A stretch of 64,000 nucleotides of DNA, counting the filler, from Gonapodya sp. JEL0774 (Eukaryota): assembly GCA_027604505.1 (NCBI GenBank). It is 21 parts of 21 records of this genome, joined end to end, with 100 filler letters (N's around TTAATTAATTAA, not from the genome) between each part and the next. Parts side by side here need not be neighbours in the genome. Positions count along the whole stretch, not along the records: positions 1 to 2,976 come from JADIIX010001549.1; positions 3,077 to 6,051 come from JADIIX010001550.1; positions 6,152 to 9,125 come from JADIIX010001551.1; positions 9,226 to 12,195 come from JADIIX010001552.1; 17 more parts are not named here. One strand, 5' to 3'. The position numbers and the translations under genes were made by a program. Shown here one piece after another: positions 1 through 12,295 of the stretch; within the stretch, counting starts at the first letter, position 1, and every line of letters begins with the position of its first letter. The notes under the pieces were generated by a model, which saw nothing but the letters and a program-made list of their open reading frames with translations, did no database searches and had not been told where the DNA came from.

Positions 1-554
1 ATATGGACATGACACTGATATGGGACCGAGCTCTCACATAAACCACCTGGATCAGGCCGAGTAGGATGTCAAGGTGCTGGCGTTCTTGGCCAGATGGCAA
101 GCAACGGTAATTTCCTGCCGGAATGTCGTGAATCGAACAGCTGACGGAGAGCTTCTTGAGCACTACTTGGAACTACTCGGAGAAATTGGAGTGGCAGAGA
201 CCAACCGGCAAGCCTGTGGCAGTGCCGTACTCCGCGAAGAAGATCAGTAAGTGGATAGTGTGTTCTCTCTTTGAATAGGATATTCGGATATCTGGGGAGT
301 CTGGATGTACATCGGATGTTCGAACCCTCCAACAATATATTACATATCGTTACACATCACGATAAACTTCCGGACTACGGGCGGACGCCGCTGAGCACTG
401 AAATGGCCAACCACACGCAGATTCTTTCCAGTTCGAGTGTGTAGTTATTCGTGAAAGGTTTTGGAGTGGCTCATTGAATTATTGCGCACCGATATGTTCG
501 TATGACCACCGCTCTCCACAACGACCGCAGTATTCTGGACAAAGTTCACCTTCC

Positions 555-596
555 GTTGCATGCGCACACAACACGGTTGCATGCGCACACAACACG
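555..596. repeat. Perfect 21-bp tandem duplication
   Basis: GTTGCATGCGCACACAACACG x2 (555-575, 576-596). Confidence 0.9.
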
Positions 597-616
597 CGAC
601 ACTCCATTCAGATCCA

Positions 617-2462
617 ATGACACACTCGAGAATTCCTGTCCCCACAAAGACGTTCCTGTCGCCTGCTGCCCGGACAGCAATCGGTGTAAAGAAACTTCAC
701 GCAACAGACAAAGCGATGGAGGCGATCGACAAGGCCCTCGAACTGGACATCAAGAAGGAAAGAGGATATGTCGGTGAGGATGCGGATTTGCAACTAGACT
801 TGGCTGCAGATGGCTGGTGAGCGCTCGCGGAATGTCATCAGGTGCACTACTGGTTGTCCCCAATTCAACCTTCTTGAAGGCTCGAATCAGCGCCATCGAC
901 ACCCGATGCACAAACCGCTCCTCCTCGTGATCGCGCAGTCACGTCTCCCAATCTGCCCGAGTCCAATCCCTCTTCTGTGGAGCACCTTCTCAAACTCATA
1001 TTCTCCCCCCGATCATGGTCCCCAGCTGCTGCACGAACTGCTTCCAACGAACTCATGCGCGTGTTTCCTCTACCTTCTACTCGTCCCGAAACGAACTCCG
1101 TGTCCAACGAACTGTTGTTGAGATTTCATGAGTTTGACGTCCCGGCAGGGGGTGGCACACTTGCCATTGAACTGCTGAATGCTCTGAAAGAACTCGACAT
1201 GAAGTCGAGAGAGATAGATCCCTCACCTCAAATCCAAGATCTAGGAATCAATGAAGAGCTGCGTCCACTGCCCAAGTTCGTCGATAGCAGTTCCGCTTCG
1301 CTCAACCTCTCCTCTCCAAACGCTGCCCCCGAACCACTGGAGCAAAGAGCCAACACAATGACGGACCCTCTCCCTCAAGCTAGCCAAGGCCTGTCCCTTC
1401 TCTCTCTTCCTACAGAGGGATTACACCCTCGAGAACCGCAAGACCCTCCGCCTAAGTTCCCCCTTCCCCCTATCCCTCTAGCTCCTCTCCCAACTTCCTC
1501 CTCCCACCCGCCACCACCATCCATCCTTTCCACTGCACCTATTATACCCCGTCCAGCCCCGGACCCTCGCCGCCGTGGCCTTTTTGACCCCACTCCAGGA
1601 ACTTTGGGACCCGACTTGGCGGACGAAGGGTACCGCGCCAAGGTGAGCGATTGATTAGCAGGCAGGAAGTTGGATGTATATTGATCTGCGCAACGGCGAT
1701 CCTTTCGGGAAATTCTCTCTTCATCCGTGGTCGTTGCAGCGTGAAGCCGCAAGGCGACGATGGGCGTACGGAAATCGAGTGGAGAAGATTGCCAAGGAGC
1801 TTCTTCGAAAGCAAGCTGATTCCCGGCGTGCGGTCAAGGAGGCACGCACTTCACGTCCGGGTTCGTCGAAATCTGGCTCTACATTGGCGACTCCGGCAGA
1901 GATGCTCCACAAAGCTCCATCCGGAACACTGACAGGGAAACGCGGGACGACCATTCGACAGTCATCTTCACGAAGGAAAATTCTACATGGTAACAGCGAT
2001 ACCGACACCGTTACAACCGCCGATCCAGCCCGTCATCGTCCCAAACCTCCACCCCACGCTTCTGCCCCTCATCCACCACATAAACCACTGCCTTCTCCTC
2101 TCATATCTGCACTCCAACCCCCAGCCGACGGATCATGGTCCGAACCCGTCGACTCGCCAGCACGAGGTTCTGACAATGATATGATCGGCGACTGGACTCG
2201 GGAGCTGGCTTCACTGGTGTACGGTGCAAGAGACACTGATGTGGTTGAAGAAGAGGGCGAAATGGGTGGTACGGTGGGGCATTCTCTCGGTCCCATCCAG
2301 TCGCCACCACGTCACGCTACTTTCAACGCTTCAACGAGTCCGGCTCTCCTTCCCGAGCTTTCCACACTCCCGCCGGTTCCTCATCGAGTGCGAATGAGAG
2401 ATATAGATGGGAAAAGGGTTGCGCGAGGGAGGGATTGGGAAGTTGGTGTGACGCTGGCGTGA
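617..2462 (+). CDS. Hypothetical Pro/Ser-rich protein, spliced (3 exons predicted; start uncertain)
   Basis: ORFs 560-820, 977-1654 and 1674-2462 join in frame through GTGAGC...AG introns at about 817-879 and 1643-1739. No family recognised. Confidence 0.5.
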
Positions 2463-2976
2463 GTACATGACTGTAGTTCCGGTGTCTGTTGCGAGAGGCC
2501 ATGGAGGACCGAAAGCATACCAGTGATCACCTTTGTTGTATATTGTGATAACGTACAAACGGAATGTGAGGTCAATTGTGGAGCAATGTTAGGCCATATC
2601 AACGGGAAGAGGAGGAGAGGAAGCATCTTCCGAATGCAGTGCCCCATTCTGCCCCATTCGCGGTATGGATCATTACATCACGTACGCCACACGATGACAT
2701 GGCTCAGATCGATGACGATCGTCTGTTGGAGTATTCTCAAAAGAAAGCACGCCGCGGGTATCGCGTTTGCTCAGTGCGCCGTTTGCAGAGGAAGTGGGTC
2801 AGAAGTGAAAGTTGGCATGGACTCATGAATCCATCAGTCATTCGCAAACGCATGTTTTTGCCCGCAATTTCCGATACGGGGTCCCTTTTCTTTGAATCCT
2901 CCAATTCCTTCCATAAATAAATTGGATCTTGCGGTGGTGATTCCTTACCAGGTCCACCTTGTCTGTGAACTCCATA

Positions 2977-3076
2977 NNNNNNNNNNNNNNNNNNNNNNNN
3001 NNNNNNNNNNNNNNNNNNNNTTAATTAATTAANNNNNNNNNNNNNNNNNNNNNNNNNNNNNNNNNNNNNNNNNNNN
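2977..3076. other. Artificial contig spacer (first of 20; the others start at 6052, 9126, 12196, 15265, 18334, 21402, 24470, 27534, 30597, 33659, 36721, 39782, 42843, 45904, 48960, 52014, 55067, 58119, 61166)
   Basis: Identical 44 N + TTAATTAATTAA (stops in all six frames) + 44 N. Contig lengths never increase along the window, falling from 2976 to 2947 nt. Confidence 0.99.
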
Positions 3077-4782
3077 GTACTCCCGCCGCCGCCTTGTACA
3101 CCCCCAACTCGGGAACCCCTTTCTCTAGCCAGGGCACTGTAGTCCTTGCCCTTTCAATCAGTCCAGCGAGGTTCTTCTGCACGTCAGCAATCGTGAGGGC
3201 GGTTGCGGTAGAGACCGCGTCGCCACTTGCGGGGTCGGAATAGAACGTGTATGACGACTACGGAGAAATGGCGCACAAAATTTAGCTATTACACCGTAGA
3301 ACTCAACGGTGGGTGGCATCACTCACCGCGACCGGCTTGCCGGAAGTGGCTGCAAGCACAAACTTGCACACGCTGGCATAAGACATTTGTGTCGCCCGGT
3401 TATCGGTAATCTGGAAGACGTGGCTCTGGTTCTCACTGTGGCACTCCAGATGAGCAAGGAACACGGGGTGGGGGAAGACGTCAACATCGAGTACTCACTA
3501 AATTTCTAGCTGGATCTTCTCCCCTACGGAGGTGCGACGTACCACGTACGCAAGGTTTTCACCTAGAAGGCGATCGTGCGTACCCGTAGTGATCTGAAGG
3601 CATCACGATTGAACCACATATTACATATTCTGTATGTAAGATGTCCGGCGCTCTTTTACTTACGTACTGCGGCGGCAAACCCGTCCCTGTGTCAAACATC
3701 GGTGACACGTAAACGTTCCTTTTCAATCCATGGAACTTTTCCTTGCTGGTATATGTCGCTGCAGGGCTTTCCAAGGGGTCCTTGTTTGCCGCAGGAATTA
3801 TGTCGCAGTCAAATTCGCCAGATAGGTAGAGAGTTGGTGTGGATGAAGTCAGGTCCACCCAGGGGGAGAAGAGAACAAGACCTGCGGAGGCGATTAGTGG
3901 TAAGATGCGGGCGAAGAATTCAACATTTCAGGCAAGTAATACACGAGAACGAACCGGCAGGAAGTTGCTCGCCCGAATCCCTCAAAAACAGTGTCAGGGC
4001 CAGAGTCGCATTACCGCCGGCAGAATCCCCCGCCAGAATAATACGAGAGGGGGAGATACCCTGAGCGAGAAGGTACTTGTAGGCAGAGTGAGTATCGGCC
4101 AAAGCTGCCGGGTACGGATTTTCGGGTGCGAGCCTTCACGCATTAAAAGTTGGAGCTGTTAGAAGACTAACTGGCTTACACAACAAGGTGACCAATGATT
4201 ACCTATACTCAATCGAAAGCACTTTGATGCCGGCGCGAGCAAAGGCGTATGCATGAGGTCTTGGCATCTCCTTCTCCCCTACTTTGTAGCCACCACCATG
4301 AGTCCACATCAAGACGGGTCCGTCATCTTTACAAACAGATGTAGAAATCCAATCTGCCTCCAACGTCTCCGTGGGCGGTGTAGGTTCGAGTGTCGAGAAC
4401 GGGACACGTGGTATGTGAACAAGCGAGATGGTTATGTCCGATGGTGCGGGAGGTGGGACGGGTTTGGGAGACCGTTTGGGAAAGGGATTGCCTGAATAAT
4501 GTCAAGTTGCATCGTCCGATCGATTGGTAAAAGGTTCAAGGACCTCACTCCAGTAGGTCCCAACGGAAATACCGACCAAGTTCCCTCCTGATAATGAACG
4601 ACAGGCCGATTCTCCCAAACGGCCTAGTGATGTACAGTAATCAATTTCGTGTTGGATCATTGGCCGAAAGCTGCTACAGAGTGTCGAACTTGCCATGATT
4701 TTGGGTACTTCTTGCTCGTTCCCATCCACACGAAGAATCCCAGTGCAGAAAGAACAGCCTTGATGATTGGAGAATCCGCCAT
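3077..4782 (-). CDS. Alpha/beta hydrolase, hormone-sensitive-lipase family esterase (runs to contig edge)
   Basis: Spliced translation has LMWTHGGGY (oxyanion motif), LAGDSAGG (nucleophile elbow), GTHDRL (Asp) and QSHVFQ (His). Confidence 0.9.
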
Positions 4783-5219
4783 TACGTTCCCTTTTGCCGG
4801 TTCGAATCTCTGTGATGGTCCCACTCTAGTATAGGTGCTCTAGTTATGGCTAGGAAATGTTCCGCATGTAGTAGTTGGCCCGTTGCGGAGAGTCGGCAAT
4901 CAGCGGGCGGGAGACATGCCGGAGAAACTGATCTGAACCTGCCACGAAACACAACTACACGAGGTTGATCGGCCTGTTCATTGCATTGCGAATGTAAGAC
5001 GGTGCATCAGCGATTGGCTCGTGAGCATGTTCGTAATCATGCCCATCACAGGCGCCCAAGCTCATCAAATATTGTAACGCTGAATCAAACAATACTAATT
5101 ATGCTACTGTCTTCCCCACGAACATTGCGCGCACACTAGTTATGCTCTTTCGCCAAATGAATCCTTCGATCTTCCAAAAGACCGGATCTCCGGTCTTTGT
5201 AATAATGGAAGCATGTACT

Positions 5220-6051
5220 TCACTCGGCGTCTTCGATTTCTCCTATATCCATCATCTCCGCGATCTCCAACTCATCTTGATCGCTATCATCATCCCGACC
5301 GTCATGCGGTGGATGAGTGTCATCAGATGTGGGAGCAAGGGCTGTATCAGCCCGTACACTGACCAACAGCTCATGACGGAGATCCTGCAGCAGTAACACA
5401 GAGGGTTCTGTCCCCACGTCATACACAGATGAGTGCAACCCATTTTGGATCATTGGTTCTTCAGCTACCGCGGAGTCCGACACACCTCCAACGACTTCAT
5501 TAGTATCTCTTTCTGCGTTCGGTCCCACTTCCGCGCTGGCAGGGGTCGTTTCTTCCACAGATGCAGAGGCAGCACCATATTGATTGCGCATGACTGGTGT
5601 GATCTCTGACAAGTTGATCGCGGTGACTGGCAGATCATGTCCCGCAGTTTCCAACAATGCCTCCACGCCCTTTTCGGGATTGGATGCCGAATCAGTCGTA
5701 AAAACCTCTACACCGGCTTTGGTGAGTTCATTGGAAACTATCGACTCATCCCCGTTTTCGAATCCTGCAGGCGTTGAAGCGGCGATGGTTCCGCCTCCCA
5801 ACGGCTTCGAAACAATAAAATTTGTATCCTGCATAGCATCCACAAGTGCCTCAACTGCACTCGCATCTATGGGTCTTATCGGGGAAGTTGACTCCGATGT
5901 GGGCTGTGCGGAAGACTCAAACTGTTCGATCATCTCTTGCACTGGGCGCTCCAACACGAATGGAGAAGATTTCTCCATTCTTGAAAGCATAGCCACCGAG
6001 GCGCCCGTCGCCCCAACATTGGCCAACCGCGTCTGTGCTGCTGGCCTGGCA
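5220..6051 (-). CDS. 3' part of an acidic low-complexity hypothetical protein
   Basis: Open from contig edge to stop at 5220, 268+ aa, Glu/Ser/Ala-rich. Confidence 0.6.
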
Positions 6052-6151
6052 NNNNNNNNNNNNNNNNNNNNNNNNNNNNNNNNNNNNNNNNNNNNTTAAT
6101 TAATTAANNNNNNNNNNNNNNNNNNNNNNNNNNNNNNNNNNNNNNNNNNNN

Positions 6152-7515
6152 AAAACGGCTCGTGAATGTTGGAATGTGCTCTTGGAAGATGAAAAGGCCC
6201 TTTGGAAGTCGAAACTGGCGATTGTCCATAAACAGCAGACCGAACAATTGGAGCGATACGAAGCCAAACGAGGAGCAATATCGAGTCGAGAGACAAGAGG
6301 AGCTGCTACTGTATCACAACCGTCGAGAAAAGTGCTCCCACCGGGGTCTGTCAAACTGACACTCATCCGTCCGTCAGACGACAACTCTGTTTCTTTCGAA
6401 GTTACATCTGGGATGATATTATGGGGTGACATTTTCATGGTCATCGGGGCTGCGTGCAGTGATGGGGAACTGCTGGATGGGCCACCTGAACTCTCCACCA
6501 ACGGGCTGGCCTACAAAACCCGTGCGCGAAACGGACATTGGAATGTCACCGCGTTTAAGAGCAACCTGCGCCACGGGGAATGTTTCTCCGATGACATTGA
6601 CGACATGAAGACGGCTGGCTTTGTGTTCTATAACAAAAGTGTTGATCCAGGGAGGATGATAGAGAGGGTAAGCCGAGCAATGAAGTTTCAAGGAGTCCGG
6701 GGAATGTTTGGATCTCGAGCAGAAACTGTGAGTTGCGGCGTGGGCATGTGCGATTCACTTGCGCGTACAGAGAGCACAGGTAGACTTTCAAATTGATATT
6801 TTCTTGTTTCTTGCCAACCATGCACTCAAAAAACAGCTCGGTGTTATTGACATTGGCCGGTACCAGTGGCACTATGACAAAGGTTCAGATCGGCATACTG
6901 CCACTGTGAACTCGATCAACCGCCGATTCTCGCGAGAGCATTCCACAGAAGTGCAATTTATTTTGGGTGAAATGGACGATCTCAGCTGTGGTCATTGCAT
7001 TGTGATGGATGCGGCGGAGTTTGATATGGATGTGATGAGGGGAATGTACCAGTGAGTTCCTCTGGGGACAAACAGATGTGAGGCACTTCATGATGACGAG
7101 TTGGTTCTTTTCTCATTTGTGTCGTTGAAGCTCCCTTCCCCGCTGGTCTGTGGAGAGAGAGGGTGGAAGTCATGGACCTTACCCAACCCAGATTGTGTTC
7201 ACGCACCGTACCTCAGAGAAGACCTTCGGGAGCTACATTCGGCCTGCAAGTGCTGAATACCAACTGGGTGAGTTGCTCAGCAAGGTCCACAGGTCCACTG
7301 TTGTGGCAAGCCAACCCACCACCACCTAACCTGGGGAACACTCATATGTAGGCTGGCTTCTCTACGACCCGGTCCCAAACAACGACGGAGGAGTCACCCA
7401 CGAATGCATTGCCATTGTGTATGATTCTTCGTATACAAGTTTGCACGAAGATAAGTTTGTGGTGGAAGGCAGGTGGTACCCCCAAAGTGATATTGTACAC
7501 TTGGATTTGAACTAG
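6152..7515 (+). CDS. 5'-truncated protein: HMG-box-like helix followed by an uncharacterised domain (paralogue of 49060-51286)
   Basis: Spliced segments ARECWNVLLEDEKALWKSK, FEVTSGMILWG, ARNGHWNV, IGRYQW, DAAEFDMD, ECIAIVYDSSY...GRWYPQSDIV; stop TAG 7513-7515. Confidence 0.8.
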
Positions 7516-7654
7516 TAATAGATGTGGCACTTTTTGTGCCGTCTGACACGCTGGCTTCTTTATAGTTGACATGTGCATTTATATCGTTGGGGCTGTGGGG
7601 GAAATACGAGGGACGAGGTGACGGCAGTTCCGCACGGGATCATCGATCCCAATC

Positions 7655-8605
7655 ATGCCATCGACCATTGATTTATGTGGTCTGCCCTCGGAAATTCTGC
7701 TTTCTATTGGCGAGCATCTTCCTTGTCGGCTCGGCCTGCCGTCGGATGCCCTTAACCGTCATCTGGTGAACCACTTCCGAACTGCATCAAACATTGCTGC
7801 TCGAGCTATTGCGTACCATCAAAATCCCGCGAAAGCTCTCCGTTACGAGGCTGCACGATCGGAGGCTGGTGCCAATGCTGTCATCAAGGCGCTGTGCTCG
7901 CGAATCGGGCGAGAGGATATCAACGCCAGATCACAACGCGGTCACGCGAGTCTTGCACGACGCCCGCTCTCCGCCGCCGCAGAAGCTGGAAATACGGAAA
8001 TCGTGGAGACTCTTTTGAACTACGGCGCGGACATTCATGCCGAAAACGAGGAGGCGCTCCGAGTAGCTGTTTTCGAAGGTCACATCCCAACCGTTGGTCT
8101 GCTTTTGAACATGGGCGCCAACATGCACGGAGACAGCGTGAAAATACTGGACTGGGCAGCTGGAACCGACAGGTCTGAAGCACACGCTGTCCAAGTTATC
8201 GACTTTCTCCTCAACAATGGTGCAAATATCCACTCTGATGGGGGAAGAGAAGCTCTGCACTCCGCAGCTGTAGAAGGACAAGTGGAAATAGTCCGCTTGC
8301 TACTTGAACGAGGTGTTCCTGTCGATGCGGACTACAACTGGGCTCTCTATGACGCCGCGAAGAAAGGTCATCTGGAAGTGGTGAAGGTGCTTTTGCGTTC
8401 GGGAGCAGATATTCACGGGTACCGCGATCAGGCTCTATGGTGCGCTGTGGGAGCGGGTCAAATTGACGTTGTTTGGTACCTTCTGACGCATGGGGCAAAT
8501 GCGGGGGGAGATGATAAGGGATATCTGGAGATGGCAGCCGTGGGCGGTCATGAAGAAGTAATTAAACTCATAGAACAGTCCCGAGGAGGTGAACATAATA
8601 AGTAA
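7655..8605 (+). CDS. Ankyrin-repeat protein with N-terminal F-box-like motif
   Basis: 316-aa intronless ORF; about six ANK repeats (e.g. ALHSAAVEGQVEIVRLLLERG); N-terminal LCGLPSEILLSIGEHL. Confidence 0.9.
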   Translation: MPSTIDLCGLPSEILLSIGEHLPCRLGLPSDALNRHLVNHFRTASNIAARAIAYHQNPAKALRYEAARSEAGANAVIKALCSRIGREDINARSQRGHASLARRPLSAAAEAGNTEIVETLLNYGADIHAENEEALRVAVFEGHIPTVGLLLNMGANMHGDSVKILDWAAGTDRSEAHAVQVIDFLLNNGANIHSDGGREALHSAAVEGQVEIVRLLLERGVPVDADYNWALYDAAKKGHLEVVKVLLRSGADIHGYRDQALWCAVGAGQIDVVWYLLTHGANAGGDDKGYLEMAAVGGHEEVIKLIEQSRGGEHNK

Positions 8606-8921
8606 TTTGGTATTTACATTGCTATAAGCGGGTTGATTTGAACTGCATATATTTATGTATTTTGAGTTGTGGCATGCTTGTTTTGAATTATGTAACACTA
8701 GTCGGTCTGTTCCTGAAAACTTTAGCAGGAGCACTAAAATACATTACTGTTGACAAGCCAAGTACTTCTCTTAGTATATCTGTCTCTAATAAGGCAATGG
8801 TGGTACTATCACCTATTTTCTTAGTTCTCTTCGAACTTCATAACGTACAAGTCCATCAATGGAGTGAAACAACGAGACCAAGCAACCATCTCTTCAAAAC
8901 AAGCATATTCAGTCTTCAGTC

Positions 8922-9125
8922 TCAATTGTACACGTCTTCTATGAGCTTCACGTGCTCATTACAGATCTCCCTGAACTCCTGCTTGAGACGTTTCTGATCC
9001 TCCTTTGAAAACGCCATCTCCTCCAAAATATCTGAGAGAAACATTGAACCCTGTCCCACCCAGCCGCTCAACGTCATCTTGGGCAAGTCCTCTGCCAGGG
9101 TACGGTAGGATTGTGGGGGTACGCC
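8922..9125 (-). CDS. 3' end of an unknown gene
   Basis: Open frame GVPPQSYRTLAEDLPKM...HVKLIEDVYN* from contig edge; AT-rich, CpG-poor downstream flank. Confidence 0.45.
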   Translation of the reverse strand, partial: GVPPQSYRTLAEDLPKMTLSGWVGQGSMFLSDILEEMAFSKEDQKRLKQEFREICNEHVKLIEDVYN

Positions 9126-9225
9126 NNNNNNNNNNNNNNNNNNNNNNNNNNNNNNNNNNNNNNNNNNNNTTAATTAATTAANNNNNNNNNNNNNNNNNNN
9201 NNNNNNNNNNNNNNNNNNNNNNNNN

Positions 9226-9509
9226 TCTCTTAATGTCAATTCTTTCACTTCCTCCAGATCCGCAATATCATTAAGATGCAAATCCAGCTGGTGCTCCACG
9301 GACGCCTTTCCGTCCATAGGTATGGACACGGAGTCCGCGGGTTTGAGAAGGGATTCCGTGGTTCCGGCAGTGGTCATTTGGTAGTGATTCTTTGAGGGAA
9401 TGGGTTGAGCTCCAGAAGGTTCGTATCGTTCTTTCCCGTTGTTCTTTTGCTGACAACGGTTCGCGCCGACTGAGTTTTCTGTCTTGTCTAATACTGGACC
9501 TGATGACAA
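9226..9509 (-). CDS. 5' part of a hypothetical protein, divergent from LOS1
   Basis: ORF open to contig edge; no family recognised. Confidence 0.35.
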
Positions 9510-10147
9510 GCGGATGTTGTATTATATCGAAATGCGACTGAAGAGAGGAGAGCGACGCAAAACGGCTCCTTCCTCAGGACACCATGATGACCGTTATGAA
9601 TTGGTGCCTCAAACGGGAGTTCGCGGGAGTTGCGGTGTACTACATAATATAGAAATAATTCCGCTCGTAAATTAGTTGCTTACTTCATGGAGAGATTTCT
9701 GCACCCAGAATTGTGTGCTCGTTCGTCGTTGCTCTCATGACGTCACACTTACCCCCTGGACTATCTTATACACATACACATCTCAATTGCCTCGAAATCA
9801 GCATCTTCTGCAGTATATTCTTTTCTCGCAATCGCTTGCTATTCCGAAATGACGATCGCTCTCCCGGAAGTGCAAATATTATCAATATTTTCTTCACTTA
9901 GGATACGGGATGCAAGAAAAACAGGACATGAGACGCGGATAACCATCAGCGTTTCCCGTACGTGGCTCAGTGCTGTGTCTGCACGGGCACACTCATGTCT
10001 GTGGTGGGTTTGGGGACGGATCCCACCAACATAAAAAATATATCTGTTCGTTTCAAACGATTCCCGGCTCCTGCAATCAATGAGCGCATGACAATTTGGC
10101 CCTCACGCTGAGACAAAGATTGGACTCGTCTTCGCGCGTGTGGCCGC

Positions 10148-12195
10148 ATGTCCAACCTCACTCCTCCAATCCAACACTGCATGCTTTCTTCTCAACAACA
10201 CACCGCCGCGGATCTCGAGGCGGCAGTCACCCTCGCCTTCAGTCCGAATACAGACCCGGGGACGAAAGCGAGGGCGACGGCATACTGCGAAGAGGTTCGG
10301 GCGAGTGATTCGGGTTGGAATGCTTGTGTGGAACTTTTTGCCCGAACGGATCAGAAGACGTGAGTTTTCACCTCGACAATGAAAAGATGGGTGACACCCG
10401 CTCGCAATCGGTGACCTGAAAATTTTACGACGTTGGAACGTGGGACGTGGTTGAATAATGGAAAGGGTGTGTGGAACTGCTGGAACCGCAAGCGCTGTCG
10501 TCACAAAGCAACAAATACCACACTTAGAAGCTACCCCGTTGTATCAAAGTCTATCATGCTGTACTGGGGTGACTACCTTAGTGCTGGTATGGTAGAAACG
10601 AATGCACACAGAGGTTCTCCACCGTCTATGACACCGGGGTAGTGTTATCATCACCATCAACAACCACCTCGTACTCTCCAATTTTCACCTCTCTAAACGT
10701 AACTTGTTGGTGCTGTAGATCTCTTGAAGTCCGCTTCTTTACCCTCGGCGTCCTCGAAGACGTGGTCCGCACACGTTGGGAGTACCTCCCTCCTCACTCC
10801 CGCTCAGCCATTCGCGACACGCTCTGGACATGGTTCGCCTCTGGTCTTGATGCTAACGAGCCCGCATCGGTCAAGAACAAGGCTGCGCAGCTCCTTGCCC
10901 GGTTGTACCGACACTTGTATCTGGACTCTTGGCCCAGCTTTTGGACCGACCTGATCACCTTGCTCGCAAGCCTGGACCACTCGCCCGCCGCTTCGGACAC
11001 ATTTCTACGTGTATGTACTGCAGTTGATGAAGAGGTGGTGTCCCGGCTCGTTCCACGAACCCCCGAAGAGGTTCGCCTCAACCAGCTCATCAAGGACACC
11101 ATGCGGGTCCGCGACGTACCGAGGCTCGTTGAAGCATGGCTTGACATTCTCCGCCGTCATGCCTCCACCTCGCCCGAAGTCGCGGCGCTCTGCCTCCGTG
11201 CGGCGGCTCCTTACGCTGCATGGATTGATATCCGTCTCGTGGCCTCTCCTTCTTTTCTCCAACCTCTCTATGGATTCATTTTCTCCTCGTCTGGACCCTT
11301 GTGTGCCCCAGCGTGTGATTGCCTATCCGAAGTTGTTGCCAAGGGTATGCCCCCTAGGGAGAAACTTGACCTGCTCCGTCAGCTCCGTCTCCCGGACTTA
11401 CTGTCCCAGGTTCTCCCGGCATCTCGTAATACGGAACTGGGTGAACACGTTGCGCGACTCGTGAACACTGCAGGATGCGAGCTCACATCTTGTTGGGATG
11501 AGGCTGGCACCAGAGACAATGTTGTGAAGGACGAGGCGGCCAATGCAGTTGAGGAATTGGTCCCCTTCATGGTTGCCTCGCTCATGGACGAGTATGACGA
11601 GACTTCTGGTGCAGTCATGCTTTTCTTGGGTGAGTACTTGACTTTGCTCAAGCGCCAAAAGCGCGCCAACGGCAAGCTGGGGCTTTCCCAGCAGAACACT
11701 TTGGTGAGGGTAGCGGAGGCGATTGTGGCGAAGATGAAGTATGATGACGAGGCAATAGTGGGAGTCGGTGGAGGGGAAGATGGAGATGATGATGAAGCAG
11801 ACTTTGCAGAGTTAAGGCGGGTGAGTTGCAAGGAACGTATTATACCATCATCATGCAGCACCTCACATTCACTCTCCATCGCAGAACCTAAAAACCAGCC
11901 TCGACTCCGTCGCCGCTATCGATACCACTCTTTATACCACACTGGTCGTCTCGTCTGTGCGAACACGGCTTGGCGCTCTCGGCGCGGCTAATGGGTCAGC
12001 GGCAGACGTGGTGTCGTGGACTGATGCAGAGTTAGCAGTGTATTTATTGTTTCAGTATGCAGATGCGGTTAAAGGTGAGGTATGCGTTGGTGCGGGGTTG
12101 TTCCGAGAATGTGTTGACCACATGACTCCAAAAGGCCCTCTAGTGTTTGCCACCGCCGATACAGAAAGCAAGCGGGCAACGATGACACCATTGGG
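10148..12195 (+). CDS. LOS1: Exportin-T (tRNA exportin), 3'-truncated
   Basis: Importin-beta-like N-terminus (ATAYCEEVRASDSGW...VRFFTLGVL), Xpo1-type region (VKNKAAQLL...WPSFW, IKDTMR, YAAWIDIRLV, KGMPPREKL); intron 10360-10718. Confidence 0.9.
10530..10643 (+). ncRNA. Candidate structured intronic RNA in LOS1 intron 1
   Basis: Closing stem GCTACCCCG/CGGGGTAGT encloses a ~21-bp hairpin (10550-10596) with several G-U pairs. Confidence 0.4.
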
Positions 12196-12295
12196 NNNNN
12201 NNNNNNNNNNNNNNNNNNNNNNNNNNNNNNNNNNNNNNNTTAATTAATTAANNNNNNNNNNNNNNNNNNNNNNNNNNNNNNNNNNNNNNNNNNNN

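Noticed and set aside
3021..3032. Regularly spaced TTAATTAATTAA palindrome (CRISPR- or repeat-like)
   Set aside because: Always centred in N runs; an assembly-concatenation linker, not biology.
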